Assembly: GCA_000432575.1 (NCBI GenBank)
Contig: HF996829.1
Location: 35,272 to 99,271, forward strand
Direction of reading: 5' to 3'
DNA length: 64,000 bases
From: Clostridium sp. CAG:762
GTDB lineage: Bacteria > Bacillota_I > Bacilli_A > RF39 > UBA660
This document shows positions 28,949 to 39,726 of the stretch, in pieces (the stretch's first letter is position 1; each line of letters begins with the position of its first letter). The translations under genes and the position numbers were made by a program. A model generated the notes under the pieces. The model saw only the letters and a program-made list of their open reading frames with translations. It searched no databases and was not told the origin of the DNA.

Positions 28949-29707
28949 CTATTTGTCAAATATCATCTTCACATTACCACTAGTCGCACTCATAACGCTA
29001 TCTAAACTAATACCCTTAATCTCCGCGATTTTCCTTGCAATTAAAGGAATATATGCAGGTTCATTAGAATTTCCTCGATATGGTTCAGGAGTTAAATAAG
29101 GAGAATCAGTTTCTAATAGAATATATTTTAAATCTATCTTTTTTATGACTTCAACTATATTCTTAGCATTTTTAAAAGTAATTATACCACCTACTCCTAA
29201 ATAAAAGCCCATCTTTATAAGTTCCAAAGCAGTTTCTACACTTCCAGAATAGCAATGCATAACCCCCCTCAATTTACCATTATATCTTCTTAAAATATTC
29301 ATCATGTCCCCTGTCGCATCCCTAGAATGTATAATCACAGGCATATCATATTTAATAGCAAGCTCTATTTGATGGATAAATACATCTTTTTGTAATTCCT
29401 TATCCGCTCCCTCATAGTGGTAATCCAAGCCAATTTCTCCAATACCAATTATTTTCTCATTTCTAATATTTTCTTCCAAAAAACTCATATAATTATTATC
29501 CAAATTATCCAAATTCAAAGGATGTATTCCTATCGTACCATATAAAGAATCATATTTACCAACTTTTTCCAGTACCTCCACATTACTCTTAATATCACAT
29601 CCTGAAATAATAATCTTTAAAACATTATTATCTAAAGCCCTAGCAATTACTTCCTCTATATTACTATAATATTCATCAAATAAATGAGCGTGTGTATCAA
29701 TAAACAT
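28949..29707 (-). CDS. tatD: TatD-family metal-dependent DNase
   Basis: MFIDTHAHL.., EIGLDYHY, and HSRDA motifs. Start at the internal Met, which has a GGGAAGTGA RBS (track ORF to 29755). Confidence 0.85.
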   Translation of the reverse strand: MFIDTHAHLFDEYYSNIEEVIARALDNNVLKIIISGCDIKSNVEVLEKVGKYDSLYGTIGIHPLNLDNLDNNYMSFLEENIRNEKIIGIGEIGLDYHYEGADKELQKDVFIHQIELAIKYDMPVIIHSRDATGDMMNILRRYNGKLRGVMHCYSGSVETALELIKMGFYLGVGGIITFKNAKNIVEVIKKIDLKYILLETDSPYLTPEPYRGNSNEPAYIPLIARKIAEIKGISLDSVMSATSGNVKMIFDK

Positions 29708-30061
29708 AAAAATCACTTCCCATATAAGCATAACTTCAAAACATTCTTTAGTCAAGAAAAAAACCTATACCTAAGTACAAGTTAATTTCTAATATGCAAA
29801 TAATATAAAAAACAAATAAGCATACCAAATAAATAAAATAAATCCAAAATTGAATACTCAGTTACTACTAAAATTAAAGCTAGTAACAAAGTTACTACAA
29901 AAAACAAAATACAACCATCAATACCACTAAATATTTTTGGCATAAATTATTTTTTTCCTCCCTATATCATATTTTAACGCATAAAACCACTATAACAAAA
30001 CAAAAAGACATTGTAAACAAAACAACAATATCTTTTTTTATTTAACAGAAGTCTATGTCAA

Positions 30062-31591
30062 CTATTTAACTTCAATTCTTTGAAATATTGGATCGGCAAT
30101 ACCAACTTTAGCACCACTTACATAACCACCAAATTCATTTACTGAAAACATATCTTTAATATCAGTATTCAATTGCTTAAATATTCTTTCGCTTGCACTT
30201 GGTATAAAAGGACTAAGAAAAACTGTACCGATTCTAATAGATTCAACTAAATTATATAAAACTGTAGCAAGTCTATCCTTTTTATTTTCTTCCTTTGCTA
30301 AAATCCAAGGCATTGTCTCATCAATATATTTATTGCAAGCTCTAAATAAGTCAAAAATATGCTCAAGTGCACTAGATACTTCCAACTTATCCATATCTTT
30401 GTCCACCTTATCCCTTAAAGACAAAGCAACTTTTATTAAATCATTATCCAATTCTTCACTACACCTTGTATTAGTAACAACACCATCAAAATATTTATTA
30501 ATCATACCAATTGTTCTATTAACTAAATTACCTAAAACATTAGCCAAATCAGCATTTGCTCTAGTAACCATCGCGTCAACTGAAAAATTACCATCATTTC
30601 CAAAAGGTACTTCTCTAAGTACAAAATATCTAACCGCATCTATTCCATACATTGCAATATATTCCCTAGGATCCTGATAATTTCCCGAACTCTTTGATAT
30701 CTTACCACCATCAATTACTAACCAACCATGTCCAAATACCTTCTTAGGAAGTTCTAATCCTAAAGCCATCAACATAATAGGCCATATAATCGTATGAAAC
30801 CTAACTATTTCCTTACCCACAATGTGTAAATCTGCAGGCCAATACCTTTTAAACTTACTGTCATCTTGACTTAAATATCCTAAAGCTGAAATATAATTAG
30901 ATAAAGCATCTATCCATACATAAACTATATGTTTATCATCAAAAGTAACAGGAATGCCCCATTTAAAAGAAGTTCTTGATACACATAAATCCTCAAGTCC
31001 TGGCTTAATAAAATTATTAATCATTTCATTTTTTCTCGAAACAGGTTGAATAAACTCTGGATGAGACTCAATATAATCAACTAATCTATCTTGATACTTT
31101 GATAACTTAAAAAAGTATGCTTCCTCCTTAACCTCGTGTACATCTCTTCCACAGTCAGGACACTTGCCGTCCTTAAGCTGTGTCTCCGTCCAAAAAGATT
31201 CACAAGGTGTACAATATAAACCCTTATATTCCCCCTTATAAATATCTCCTTGTTGATATAACTTTTCAAATATCTTTTGTACACAAGCAACATGCTCACT
31301 ATCAGTAGTTCTAATGAACTTATCATAACTAATATCTAAACTCTTCCATAAATCCTTTGCATTATCCACGATTTTATCAACATATTCCTTAGGACTAACA
31401 CCTGCCTCAATTGCCTTCTTTTCAATTTTTTGTCCATGTTCATCAGTACCAGTTAAGAAAAACACATCATATCCATTTAATCTCTTATATCTAGCAATAG
31501 CATCAGCTATAATTGTTGTGTAGCAGTGCCCAATATGAAAATTAGCAGATGGATAATATATTGGTGTCGTTAAATAAAATTTTTCTTTCAT
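30062..31591 (-). CDS. metG: Methionyl-tRNA synthetase (short form without the C-terminal tRNA-binding domain)
   Basis: HIGH motif ANFHIGHCYT, KMSKS motif KISKSSGN, and a Zn knuckle CTPCESF..CPDCG; 509 aa. Confidence 0.95.
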   Translation of the reverse strand: MKEKFYLTTPIYYPSANFHIGHCYTTIIADAIARYKRLNGYDVFFLTGTDEHGQKIEKKAIEAGVSPKEYVDKIVDNAKDLWKSLDISYDKFIRTTDSEHVACVQKIFEKLYQQGDIYKGEYKGLYCTPCESFWTETQLKDGKCPDCGRDVHEVKEEAYFFKLSKYQDRLVDYIESHPEFIQPVSRKNEMINNFIKPGLEDLCVSRTSFKWGIPVTFDDKHIVYVWIDALSNYISALGYLSQDDSKFKRYWPADLHIVGKEIVRFHTIIWPIMLMALGLELPKKVFGHGWLVIDGGKISKSSGNYQDPREYIAMYGIDAVRYFVLREVPFGNDGNFSVDAMVTRANADLANVLGNLVNRTIGMINKYFDGVVTNTRCSEELDNDLIKVALSLRDKVDKDMDKLEVSSALEHIFDLFRACNKYIDETMPWILAKEENKKDRLATVLYNLVESIRIGTVFLSPFIPSASERIFKQLNTDIKDMFSVNEFGGYVSGAKVGIADPIFQRIEVK

Positions 31592-31593
31592 AT

Positions 31594-32079
31594 CTATTCC
31601 TCTTTTCTATCGGTACTACCAAAACCACCTTCACGCGTCTTAGTAACTACCTCCTCATTATCACATATCATAAATTTTTGTATTATTCCCTGTACAAAAT
31701 GTTCACCTTTTTTTATAACAACATCTAAATCACCCTCATTTTGTAAAAACACAAAAATATGACCCTCATTACTTACATTATTATAATAATCTGCATCAAT
31801 GATACCTACTTGATTACACATCCGTATATTATATTTACATCCCATTTTACTGCGGACATACACTCCAAGAAATTCATCATCATTTAATCTTACCTTAACA
31901 CCAGTAGGTATCTTCAAAATTTCACCCTTTTTAATAGAAATATCTTCTATTACCTTAAAATCATAACCGGCACTTTTCAAAGTTGCCCTTTTTGGTAATT
32001 CATATTCATTATACAAATCAATGTTATCACAAATATCTTTTTTAAATTGTGCAAAACTTATTTTTTCAAAACGCCTCAT
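31594..32079 (-). CDS. dut: dUTP diphosphatase-like (dUTPase/dCTP deaminase fold)
   Basis: GIIDADYYNN (compare the GIIDxDYRG motif 3) and GVKVRLNDDEF..; 161 aa. Confidence 0.7.
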   Translation of the reverse strand: MRRFEKISFAQFKKDICDNIDLYNEYELPKRATLKSAGYDFKVIEDISIKKGEILKIPTGVKVRLNDDEFLGVYVRSKMGCKYNIRMCNQVGIIDADYYNNVSNEGHIFVFLQNEGDLDVVIKKGEHFVQGIIQKFMICDNEEVVTKTREGGFGSTDRKEE

Positions 32080-32264
32080 AACATCACTCCCATAACAAGT
32101 TTTTTCATAAATTTATTTTACACAATTTTCCATAAAAAGTAAATGTTTTTTTTGGTTTTATTTGCTACGCTGTTATAGTGCGTAAAAATAATTTCATAAA
32201 TTTATATATCCTAGTATAAAATTACTAAATCTTGGCAAAATATTTAGTATTGGAGGTAATAAAT

Positions 32265-32795
32265 ATGAAATCAACAGGAGTAATTAGAAGAGTAGATGAT
32301 TTAGGTAGAATTGTTATACCAAAAGAAATAAGAAATAATATGCGCATCAAAAGTGGCGAAGGTTTAGAAATATTTACTGATGACGAATGCTTAATTCTAA
32401 AAAAATTCTCTCCCATTGAAAACTTAGAATCACTAGCCACGAAATACACAGAAGCCATATATCAAGTAGTAAAACACAACATCATAGTAACCGACTTAAA
32501 CAAAGTCATCGCCATATCTGGTAACCTAAAGAAAAAATACTTAAATAACAACATCAGTCCCTTTGTAGAACGCAGTATTGAAAGAAGAGACAGTTTTGTT
32601 GAAAGACAAAAAAAAGAAGTCGAAATAATAGAAAACGTCAAAGAATATGGTTATTACTCATTTAGTTCAATTGTTTTAAATGGAGATATCCTAGGAAGCG
32701 TCATTATCTTATCGACCGAAACCCCACTTATTCAAGTAGAAGAGAAAATGGCCGAAATCCTATCTAAATTAATCAGTGGAAGTATTTCCATATAA
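32265..32795 (+). CDS. spoVT: Stage V sporulation protein T (AbrB-type swapped-hairpin N-domain + GAF-like C-domain)
   Basis: MKSTGVIRRVDDLGRIVIPKEIRNNMRIKSGEGLEIF, plus a C-terminal domain of about 120 aa. Start taken at the second Met of the track ORF (32232). Confidence 0.8.
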   Translation: MKSTGVIRRVDDLGRIVIPKEIRNNMRIKSGEGLEIFTDDECLILKKFSPIENLESLATKYTEAIYQVVKHNIIVTDLNKVIAISGNLKKKYLNNNISPFVERSIERRDSFVERQKKEVEIIENVKEYGYYSFSSIVLNGDILGSVIILSTETPLIQVEEKMAEILSKLISGSISI

Positions 32796-32848
32796 TAAAA
32801 TAATATTGCATTTTACCTAATAAATGTTATAATATGTTTGGTGATTTT

Positions 32849-33457
32849 ATGAACACAAATTATCATTTATTATGTAAAGAAGAAATACAAAAATTAAACA
32901 AAGTAAAAAAAATATTACTTCATAGTTGCTGTGCACCTTGTAGTAGTTATGTCATATCATTTCTAAGTAATTACTTTGATATCACCGTTTTATATTATAA
33001 TCCTAACATCTATCCTGAAGAAGAATATCTAAAAAGAAAAGAAGAACAAATAAGATTAATAAAAGAATTAAAAACAAAAAATAAACTAGATTATATAGAC
33101 TGCGATTATGAAAATGACAAATACGAAGAAGCCATCAAAGGATTAGAAAAATGTATTGAAGGTGGTAATAGATGTCAAATATGTTTTAAATTAAGACTAG
33201 AAAAAACTGCCCAAATAGCAAAACTTCATAATTACGACTACTTTACTACCACCTTAACAGTTAGTCCTCATAAAAATGCCAAAATAATTAATGAAATCGG
33301 TTCATCACTGGAAAATATTTATAATATTAAATGGCTTTATGCTGATTTCAAAAAAAATGAAGGCTACAAACAGTCTATAACTTTATCCAAGCAATATAAC
33401 TTATATAGACAAAATTACTGTGGATGCAGATATTCAAAAATGCCTAGTTCAAACTAA
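32849..33457 (+). CDS. queH: Epoxyqueuosine reductase QueH (DUF208)
   Basis: LLHSCCAPCSSYV.., RCQICF.., and YCGCRYS cysteine motifs. Start at MNTNYHLL, which has a GGTGA RBS (track ORF from 32834). Confidence 0.8.
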   Translation: MNTNYHLLCKEEIQKLNKVKKILLHSCCAPCSSYVISFLSNYFDITVLYYNPNIYPEEEYLKRKEEQIRLIKELKTKNKLDYIDCDYENDKYEEAIKGLEKCIEGGNRCQICFKLRLEKTAQIAKLHNYDYFTTTLTVSPHKNAKIINEIGSSLENIYNIKWLYADFKKNEGYKQSITLSKQYNLYRQNYCGCRYSKMPSSN

Positions 33458-33548
33458 GCATTTTTTAAAAAAACATTTTTTCCCATATTTCATTCATATT
33501 CCTTTGATAATTACTTACTATAATACTTAAGACAAGGAAGGAAATTAT

Positions 33549-34631
33549 ATGAAAAAAATAATTAACAAAGAAAAAATAATTACATTACTAACTGGAGCAA
33601 TAACAAGTACAATAATATGTCTTATTGGTTTTGCCTTATTTTATAACTTTTATATGAAAAATCTAGTTACTAACAAAACTAAAATTGAAAAACAAGTATC
33701 AATTACTGAAAACGGCATAGCAGAAGCAGTTGAAAAAGTTTATGATGCTGTAACCGTCGTAGAATCATTAAAAAATGACCAAGTTTACCAAACAGGAACT
33801 GGTTTTGTCTTTAAAATCGATGAACAATATGGCTACATTCTAACCAACCATCATGTCATTGAAGGAGCGGAAGAAATACAAATAATTCTAACTAATCAAG
33901 AAAAAATAAAAGCGAATATTGTAGGAAGTGATGAATACTCAGACATTGCTGTACTAAAAATAAATAAAGATAAAGTAATCAAAATAGCACCACTTGGTAA
34001 TTCAGTCAACCTAAAAGTAGGAGATACCTTATTCGCCGTCGGTGCACCACTTGATGCCGAGATATACTCAAATTCAGTAACACGTGGTATTTTATCAGGA
34101 AAAAACAGACTAGTTGAAGTTACTAATAACAAAATGAACACATATATCATGGAAGTATTACAAACTGATACAGCCATTAACTCAGGTAATTCAGGAGGTC
34201 CACTATGTAACTCAAATGGTGAAGTAATAGGTATCACCAATATGAAACTTGCCAGTACTGCTGTCGAAGGCATGGGCTTTGCTATTCCCATAGAAACCGC
34301 TGAACAATATGCTAACATTATAATTGAAGGAAAAACTATCGAAAGACCATACCTAGGTATTAGTATCTATGAAGCAAAAACCATGTTTACCTCTACCAGT
34401 GAAGGCATTTATATTGAATCAGTAGTAAACAATTCACCTGCAGAAAAGGCTGGTTTACAAGCTGGAGATAAAATAACAAAAATAAACAATGTTGATATTA
34501 AAAGTGTTTCTTACTTCAAATATACGCTTTATAAACAAAATGTAGGAAGTACTATTAAACTAACATATATAAGAAATAATCAAGAAAAAACAGTTGATAT
34601 CAAATTAGAAAGCCAAAATCAAAAAGCATAA
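33549..34631 (+). CDS. HtrA/DegP-type serine protease (trypsin-like domain + PDZ)
   Basis: Catalytic triad context TNHHV, D..DIAVLKI, GNSGGPL; a PDZ at the C-terminus; an N-terminal TM anchor. Confidence 0.85.
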   Translation: MKKIINKEKIITLLTGAITSTIICLIGFALFYNFYMKNLVTNKTKIEKQVSITENGIAEAVEKVYDAVTVVESLKNDQVYQTGTGFVFKIDEQYGYILTNHHVIEGAEEIQIILTNQEKIKANIVGSDEYSDIAVLKINKDKVIKIAPLGNSVNLKVGDTLFAVGAPLDAEIYSNSVTRGILSGKNRLVEVTNNKMNTYIMEVLQTDTAINSGNSGGPLCNSNGEVIGITNMKLASTAVEGMGFAIPIETAEQYANIIIEGKTIERPYLGISIYEAKTMFTSTSEGIYIESVVNNSPAEKAGLQAGDKITKINNVDIKSVSYFKYTLYKQNVGSTIKLTYIRNNQEKTVDIKLESQNQKA

Positions 34632-34676
34632 TAAAACTCCATGTACATAAGATTAACTTATTACATAGAGTTTTTT

Positions 34677-35024
34677 CTACCTATCTATATAATTATCTTT
34701 ATCCACCTTAATACTATCATCACTCATACTCTTAGGCGTATAATTAATAATATTTTGACTCTTCAAAAACTTATAAATTCCAGGAGCCCCAATAAAACTA
34801 AACAAACTAATCCATATACTTATAACTAAATCTTTCTCATAAAAACTATATACAAAAGGTATTCCAATTCCAAAAGATAATATTAAATTCAAGAAAAAGA
34901 TATGCCATTCTTTCTTTATAAAAGGCAAACTTTTACATTTTTGAATCGCAGCCATAACAACAGAACTTAAAGTAATAGAAATCATTAAAATATCTAAAAG
35001 TTTTTGAGTTACTAAAACATCCAT
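34677..35024 (-). CDS. Small membrane protein, holin-like (115 aa)
   Basis: Two or three TM helices and a charged C-terminal tail; weak call. Confidence 0.3.
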   Translation of the reverse strand: MDVLVTQKLLDILMISITLSSVVMAAIQKCKSLPFIKKEWHIFFLNLILSFGIGIPFVYSFYEKDLVISIWISLFSFIGAPGIYKFLKSQNIINYTPKSMSDDSIKVDKDNYIDR

Positions 35025-35036
35025 TATATCACCTCC

Positions 35037-35345
35037 TTAGCAATCTTTTTTGATAGGTATCTTATCTATTTCATCTCTTATATCATCTATTATTCCATCA
35101 CCACCTAATTTTTTATACTCAATATATAAATTATTAAGTGTTTCTTTTTCGTTTAAAGAAATACAACCCTTATTCTTGTGTAAGTAGTATTTGTCAACAT
35201 AGATATTCTTAATGATGGCAACAATAGATACACGATTAACTTCAATTGTACTAATTATTTTTTTAATTCTCTTATAAATAGCAATAATTAAAGTTGTTGT
35301 TACTGTAAGTACTATTTCAATTAAATAATCAACTAAATATTCCAT
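35037..35345 (-). CDS. Hypothetical membrane-associated protein (start at MEYLVDY)
   Basis: ORF with a GGAAGTGG RBS before the internal Met (track ORF to 35417). Confidence 0.35.
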   Translation of the reverse strand: MEYLVDYLIEIVLTVTTTLIIAIYKRIKKIISTIEVNRVSIVAIIKNIYVDKYYLHKNKGCISLNEKETLNNLYIEYKKLGGDGIIDDIRDEIDKIPIKKDC

Positions 35346-35427
35346 ATAACCACTTCCTACATAAATTCTATGTAGAAAAAAATTTATTGAATATTTAAAT
35401 AATACAAAAAAATGCAAATATTTAAAA

Positions 35428-38400
35428 TTATTTACATTTTTTTTCTTCCTCTAATTTTTTATAATAATCATATCTATTCTTTGCCCACACCTTCTGTTTT
35501 TGAAGTAATTCTTTATTCTCAATAACATTATATCTATTTTGACTACCTAAAAATTCCTCATAAAGATTAAAATCAACATTCTTACTATCAAGCGTAAAAT
35601 TTAAAGTAACAGGATCGTATCTAAAAGTTAAGAAATATCCACATTTCGTAGCCAAAGAAGCATTTTCTAAATCAGTTCCCATTCCCTTTTTAATACCATG
35701 CTCTATACAAGGAGCATATGCAATAATCAAAGATGGCCCTTTATGATTAATAGCCTCATCAAGTACTTTTAAATATTGTTCCTTATTATAACCAATATTA
35801 ACACAAGCTACATATACATTGGGATAACACATTGCCATTCTTGCTAAATCCTTTTTATAATTAGTCTTACCTGAAGATGCAAAAGATGCAATTGCCCCAA
35901 GAGAAGTAGACTTCGATGCCTGCCCACCAGTATTAGAATAAACCTCTGTATCAAGCACTAAAATATTAATATCATTATCAGTAGATAAAACATGATCTAA
36001 ACCACCAAAACCAATATCATAAGCAAATCCATCACCACCAATAACAAAAACAGTCTTAGGAAGTATATAATCTTTATTCTCTTCTAAATATTTATCATAA
36101 TCAAGATTATCATAAACATACTTACATATATTATAATCATTATAATTATCTAATAAATTTTTAACAAGTTCCTTATTCTTTCTACTAAATTTAGCATTCA
36201 TAAGATATTCTCTTAAATCATCACGCTTCTTTTGATAACTTATCTCAATTCCAAGACCATACTCACTATTATCTTCAAAAAGAGAACTAGCCCAAGCCAC
36301 CGAATATGGTGTTGATGGCGAAGATGCCCCATAAATTGAAGAACATCCTGTAGCATTAGCAATAACCAAACCATCACCCACATATTGTGTCAAATTCTTA
36401 ATATAAGGTGTTTCTCCGCATCCTGCACACGCTCCAGAAAACTCAAACTTTGGACGATTAAACATTATATTTTTAACATTCTTAACATCATAATTATAAT
36501 TAATATTTAAATTATTATTAACTAAATTATCAAAATCTTCTTGACGACATTTACTCTTATCATAATTAATTAAACATAAAGCCTTATTTCCCATCTTACC
36601 AGGACAAGCATTTACACATAAACCACATCCTGTACAATCTTCATAACTAATAGCAATCTTATAATTTGCATCCATATTACTCTTAGAAAGTACTGCCTTA
36701 ATAGAATTATCATTACTTTCCGTTAAAAATGGCCTAATAACCGCATGAGGACAAACAAAAGCACATTGATTACATTGAATACAATTTTCCTTTTTCCAAA
36801 AAGGTACTACCTCCGTAATATTTCTCTTTTCATACTTCGTACTACCACCTTCATAAATACCTTCCTTATTCTTCAAAAACGCTGAAACTGGCAAATCATC
36901 ACCTTTTAAATAATTAATAATCTCCTCATTATTTTTATAAACAATATCTTTATAACTTAAATCCTTCCATTTCTCTTCCACTTTAATTTCTACTAAATAA
37001 TCAAGAGCCTTATCCACTATAACATTATTAATTTCAATTATCTTTTCTCCCTTACTTAAAAACCTATGCTTATTCTGTGCTTTCATAATAGCCTTTACTT
37101 TATCTATCTTAATAATATTAATTAGTTTAAAAATAGCAATCTCCATACAAGTACTAATCTTATTCTTAAGCCCAACCTCATTAACTATCTTATTTGCATC
37201 TATTATATAAAATCTAATGTTTTTCGTAGCTAATAAATACTTAACCTTATCAGGTAAACTAGTAACTATCTCTTTTTCATTTAAATTAGTATTCAACAAA
37301 AGAATCCCATTATCACAGACATTATCTAAAATATCATACTTATACATATAGCTATCCTTAGAAACCACGACTAATTTAGGATTTAAAGGATAATATGGCT
37401 TTTGAAACTCCTCATTACCTATTCTCAAATAACTCCTAGTAACGCCTCCACTTTTCTTAGAATCATATTGAAAATAACCCTGTACATACTTATTAGTATT
37501 ATCACCAATAATCTTAAGAACATCTTTTGATGTTGAAACCATTCCATCAGACCCATAACCATAAAATAAATACTCATCTAAATCACTAGGTATAACAAAA
37601 TTTTTATCAAAATTCAAACTTAAATTAGTTACATCATCATTAATACCAATAGTAAAATTATTATGTATCTTACCTTCCTCAACATAATCAAAAATAGCCT
37701 TAATATGAGCAGGAGTAGTATTCTTAGAAGATAATCCATACCTACCACCATAAATATTAACATTCATATCCTTTAAAGCACTACAAACATCTAAATAAAG
37801 TGCCTCCCCATTAGAACCCGCTTCCTTACTACGATCTAATACAACAATATTCTTAACACTATTAGGTATTTTACTAAGTAAATGTTTATTACTAAAAGGA
37901 CGATATAAGTGTACCGAAATAACTCCATATTTTTTATTATACTTATCATTCAAATAAGAAACAGTTTCATGTATTGTATCACAAACACTACCCATAGCAA
38001 TAATTATCGTATCAGGATTATCTGCTCCATAATAATTAAACGGTTTATAATTAGTCTTACATATCTTATTAACCTTATCCATATAGTAACATACATCAAG
38101 AATTGCATCTTCATAAAATTTATTTCTCACTTCCATACATTGAAAATAAGTGTCCTCATTTTGAGCCGTTCCTCTAGTATTAGGCCTTTCTGGATTAATC
38201 GCCTTAACCCTAAAATCATTAAGACTCTTCTTATCAATCAATTCCTTTATTTTATCATTATTTATTAACCTAATCTTATTTATTTCATGACTTGTACGAA
38301 ACCCATCGAAAAAATGAATAAAAGGCAAACTAGACTTAATCGCCGCTAAATGAGCAACATTAGCTAAATGATAAGCCTCAATGGGATTATTTGAACATAA

Positions 38401-38811
38401 CATACATACCCCAGACATTCTTGTCGCATATATATCTTGATGATCACCAAAAATTGATAAAGCATGTGTCGATATACTGCGTGCCGCAACATGAATAACT
38501 AAAGGCAACATTTCTCCAGCTACTTTATATAACGAAGGTATCATTAAAAGCAAACCCTGACTAGCCGTAAATGTCGTAGCTAAGGAACCAGCTTGAAGTG
38601 CACCATGAACGAGTCCTATTGCCCCAGCCTCACTTTGCATCTCTACCACTTTAACTTTATTACCAAAAAAATTAACATTATCCTTAGTCATTTTATCAAC
38701 CAACTCTGCCATAGGAGAAGCAGGAGTTATTGGATATATTCCACATATTTCACTAAAGTTATAAGCCACACTAGCAACGGCATTATTCGCATCCATTGTT
38801 TTATATTTCAT
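35428..38811 (-). CDS. nifJ: Pyruvate:ferredoxin (flavodoxin) oxidoreductase
   Basis: 1127 aa with two 4Fe-4S ferredoxin motifs (CIQCNQCAFVCPHAVIRP, CTGCGLCVNACP) and a TPP-binding GGDGFAYDIGFGGLDHV. Confidence 0.95.
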   Translation of the reverse strand: MKYKTMDANNAVASVAYNFSEICGIYPITPASPMAELVDKMTKDNVNFFGNKVKVVEMQSEAGAIGLVHGALQAGSLATTFTASQGLLLMIPSLYKVAGEMLPLVIHVAARSISTHALSIFGDHQDIYATRMSGVCMLCSNNPIEAYHLANVAHLAAIKSSLPFIHFFDGFRTSHEINKIRLINNDKIKELIDKKSLNDFRVKAINPERPNTRGTAQNEDTYFQCMEVRNKFYEDAILDVCYYMDKVNKICKTNYKPFNYYGADNPDTIIIAMGSVCDTIHETVSYLNDKYNKKYGVISVHLYRPFSNKHLLSKIPNSVKNIVVLDRSKEAGSNGEALYLDVCSALKDMNVNIYGGRYGLSSKNTTPAHIKAIFDYVEEGKIHNNFTIGINDDVTNLSLNFDKNFVIPSDLDEYLFYGYGSDGMVSTSKDVLKIIGDNTNKYVQGYFQYDSKKSGGVTRSYLRIGNEEFQKPYYPLNPKLVVVSKDSYMYKYDILDNVCDNGILLLNTNLNEKEIVTSLPDKVKYLLATKNIRFYIIDANKIVNEVGLKNKISTCMEIAIFKLINIIKIDKVKAIMKAQNKHRFLSKGEKIIEINNVIVDKALDYLVEIKVEEKWKDLSYKDIVYKNNEEIINYLKGDDLPVSAFLKNKEGIYEGGSTKYEKRNITEVVPFWKKENCIQCNQCAFVCPHAVIRPFLTESNDNSIKAVLSKSNMDANYKIAISYEDCTGCGLCVNACPGKMGNKALCLINYDKSKCRQEDFDNLVNNNLNINYNYDVKNVKNIMFNRPKFEFSGACAGCGETPYIKNLTQYVGDGLVIANATGCSSIYGASSPSTPYSVAWASSLFEDNSEYGLGIEISYQKKRDDLREYLMNAKFSRKNKELVKNLLDNYNDYNICKYVYDNLDYDKYLEENKDYILPKTVFVIGGDGFAYDIGFGGLDHVLSTDNDINILVLDTEVYSNTGGQASKSTSLGAIASFASSGKTNYKKDLARMAMCYPNVYVACVNIGYNKEQYLKVLDEAINHKGPSLIIAYAPCIEHGIKKGMGTDLENASLATKCGYFLTFRYDPVTLNFTLDSKNVDFNLYEEFLGSQNRYNVIENKELLQKQKVWAKNRYDYYKKLEEEKKCK

Positions 38812-38867
38812 ACAATTCCTTCTTCCTATTATAATTTTATCACAAAATTAGAAAAAAAGATACCAAG

Positions 38868-39701
38868 TTACAAGATATCTTCCTTAATAAAATCAATTAT
38901 CTTTTCACCCATTTTATCCCCATTAACAACCAAATATTTCTTTTTAATTTGATAATCTTTCATAAAACTATCTATCTTATCACAAACCCCTTTATTATCT
39001 AAAAATATAATTCCATCAACCGCCTCCTGATAATAAAAAATGGCTCCACATAATTTCTTATTATAAATATCATTTTTAACATGCTTAGCATAACTAGCAC
39101 CAAGTTTTTTGTTTAAAACATTAGCATATATCAAACCAATATCGTTATTAATAATATAATTATAACTTACATCATCTACATATCTATCATAAATACTATC
39201 ATACATTGAAACTATCAAAATTTTCTTGTTTTCATTATAAAGCATATTGTTTTGATTATTTAAAACTATCCTCTTAATCTTAACTTCCTTATTTTTAGCC
39301 TTAATAAAAGCATAAACTATTCTAAAAACATTCTTACTCACCCTAAAACCCATACAAAAAAAAGAATAAAACTCCAATAATAAATTATCGTAATCTTTAT
39401 ATAAAATCATTGAAATATTAGGTAAAACTCTCATTATATCTTGATAAAAGCAATTATTTTCTACTAAAACATAATCACATTTATTAAACAAATAAAAAAT
39501 ATGACTCATATAAATCTTATTATTATAACTAGTATTAATATTAAATATCGTTGCATTTTCTCGTATTTCGTCATTAGTACTAGGACTCACACATACACTA
39601 CAACCCAAATACTTAAAAAAATTTCTCCATAACTTATTATTTTTATAATATAAATATGCCCTAGGTAGTCCGATTATCTTTTTTCTCATATATCTCTCCA
39701 A
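38868..39701 (-). CDS. DUF2229-like protein (family associated with CoA-substrate-specific enzyme activases)
   Basis: N-terminal IIGLPRAYLYYKNNKLWRNFFKYLGCSVCVSPSTNDEIRENA resembles the DUF2229 signature; moderate-to-low confidence. Confidence 0.4.
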   Translation of the reverse strand: MERYMRKKIIGLPRAYLYYKNNKLWRNFFKYLGCSVCVSPSTNDEIRENATIFNINTSYNNKIYMSHIFYLFNKCDYVLVENNCFYQDIMRVLPNISMILYKDYDNLLLEFYSFFCMGFRVSKNVFRIVYAFIKAKNKEVKIKRIVLNNQNNMLYNENKKILIVSMYDSIYDRYVDDVSYNYIINNDIGLIYANVLNKKLGASYAKHVKNDIYNKKLCGAIFYYQEAVDGIIFLDNKGVCDKIDSFMKDYQIKKKYLVVNGDKMGEKIIDFIKEDIL

Positions 39702-39726
39702 TAAAATCTATGTAAAAATATTCATT

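Noticed and set aside
32080-32264. Searched for a T-box leader upstream of the dut-metG operon and spoVT
   Set aside because: The intergenic region is too short and lacks a specifier-loop/T-box consensus (AATTAGGGTGGTACCGCG-like). No evidence for one.
37909-38952. Two plus-strand 119-aa ORFs within or next to nifJ
   Set aside because: Antisense to the 1127-aa PFOR gene; no support.
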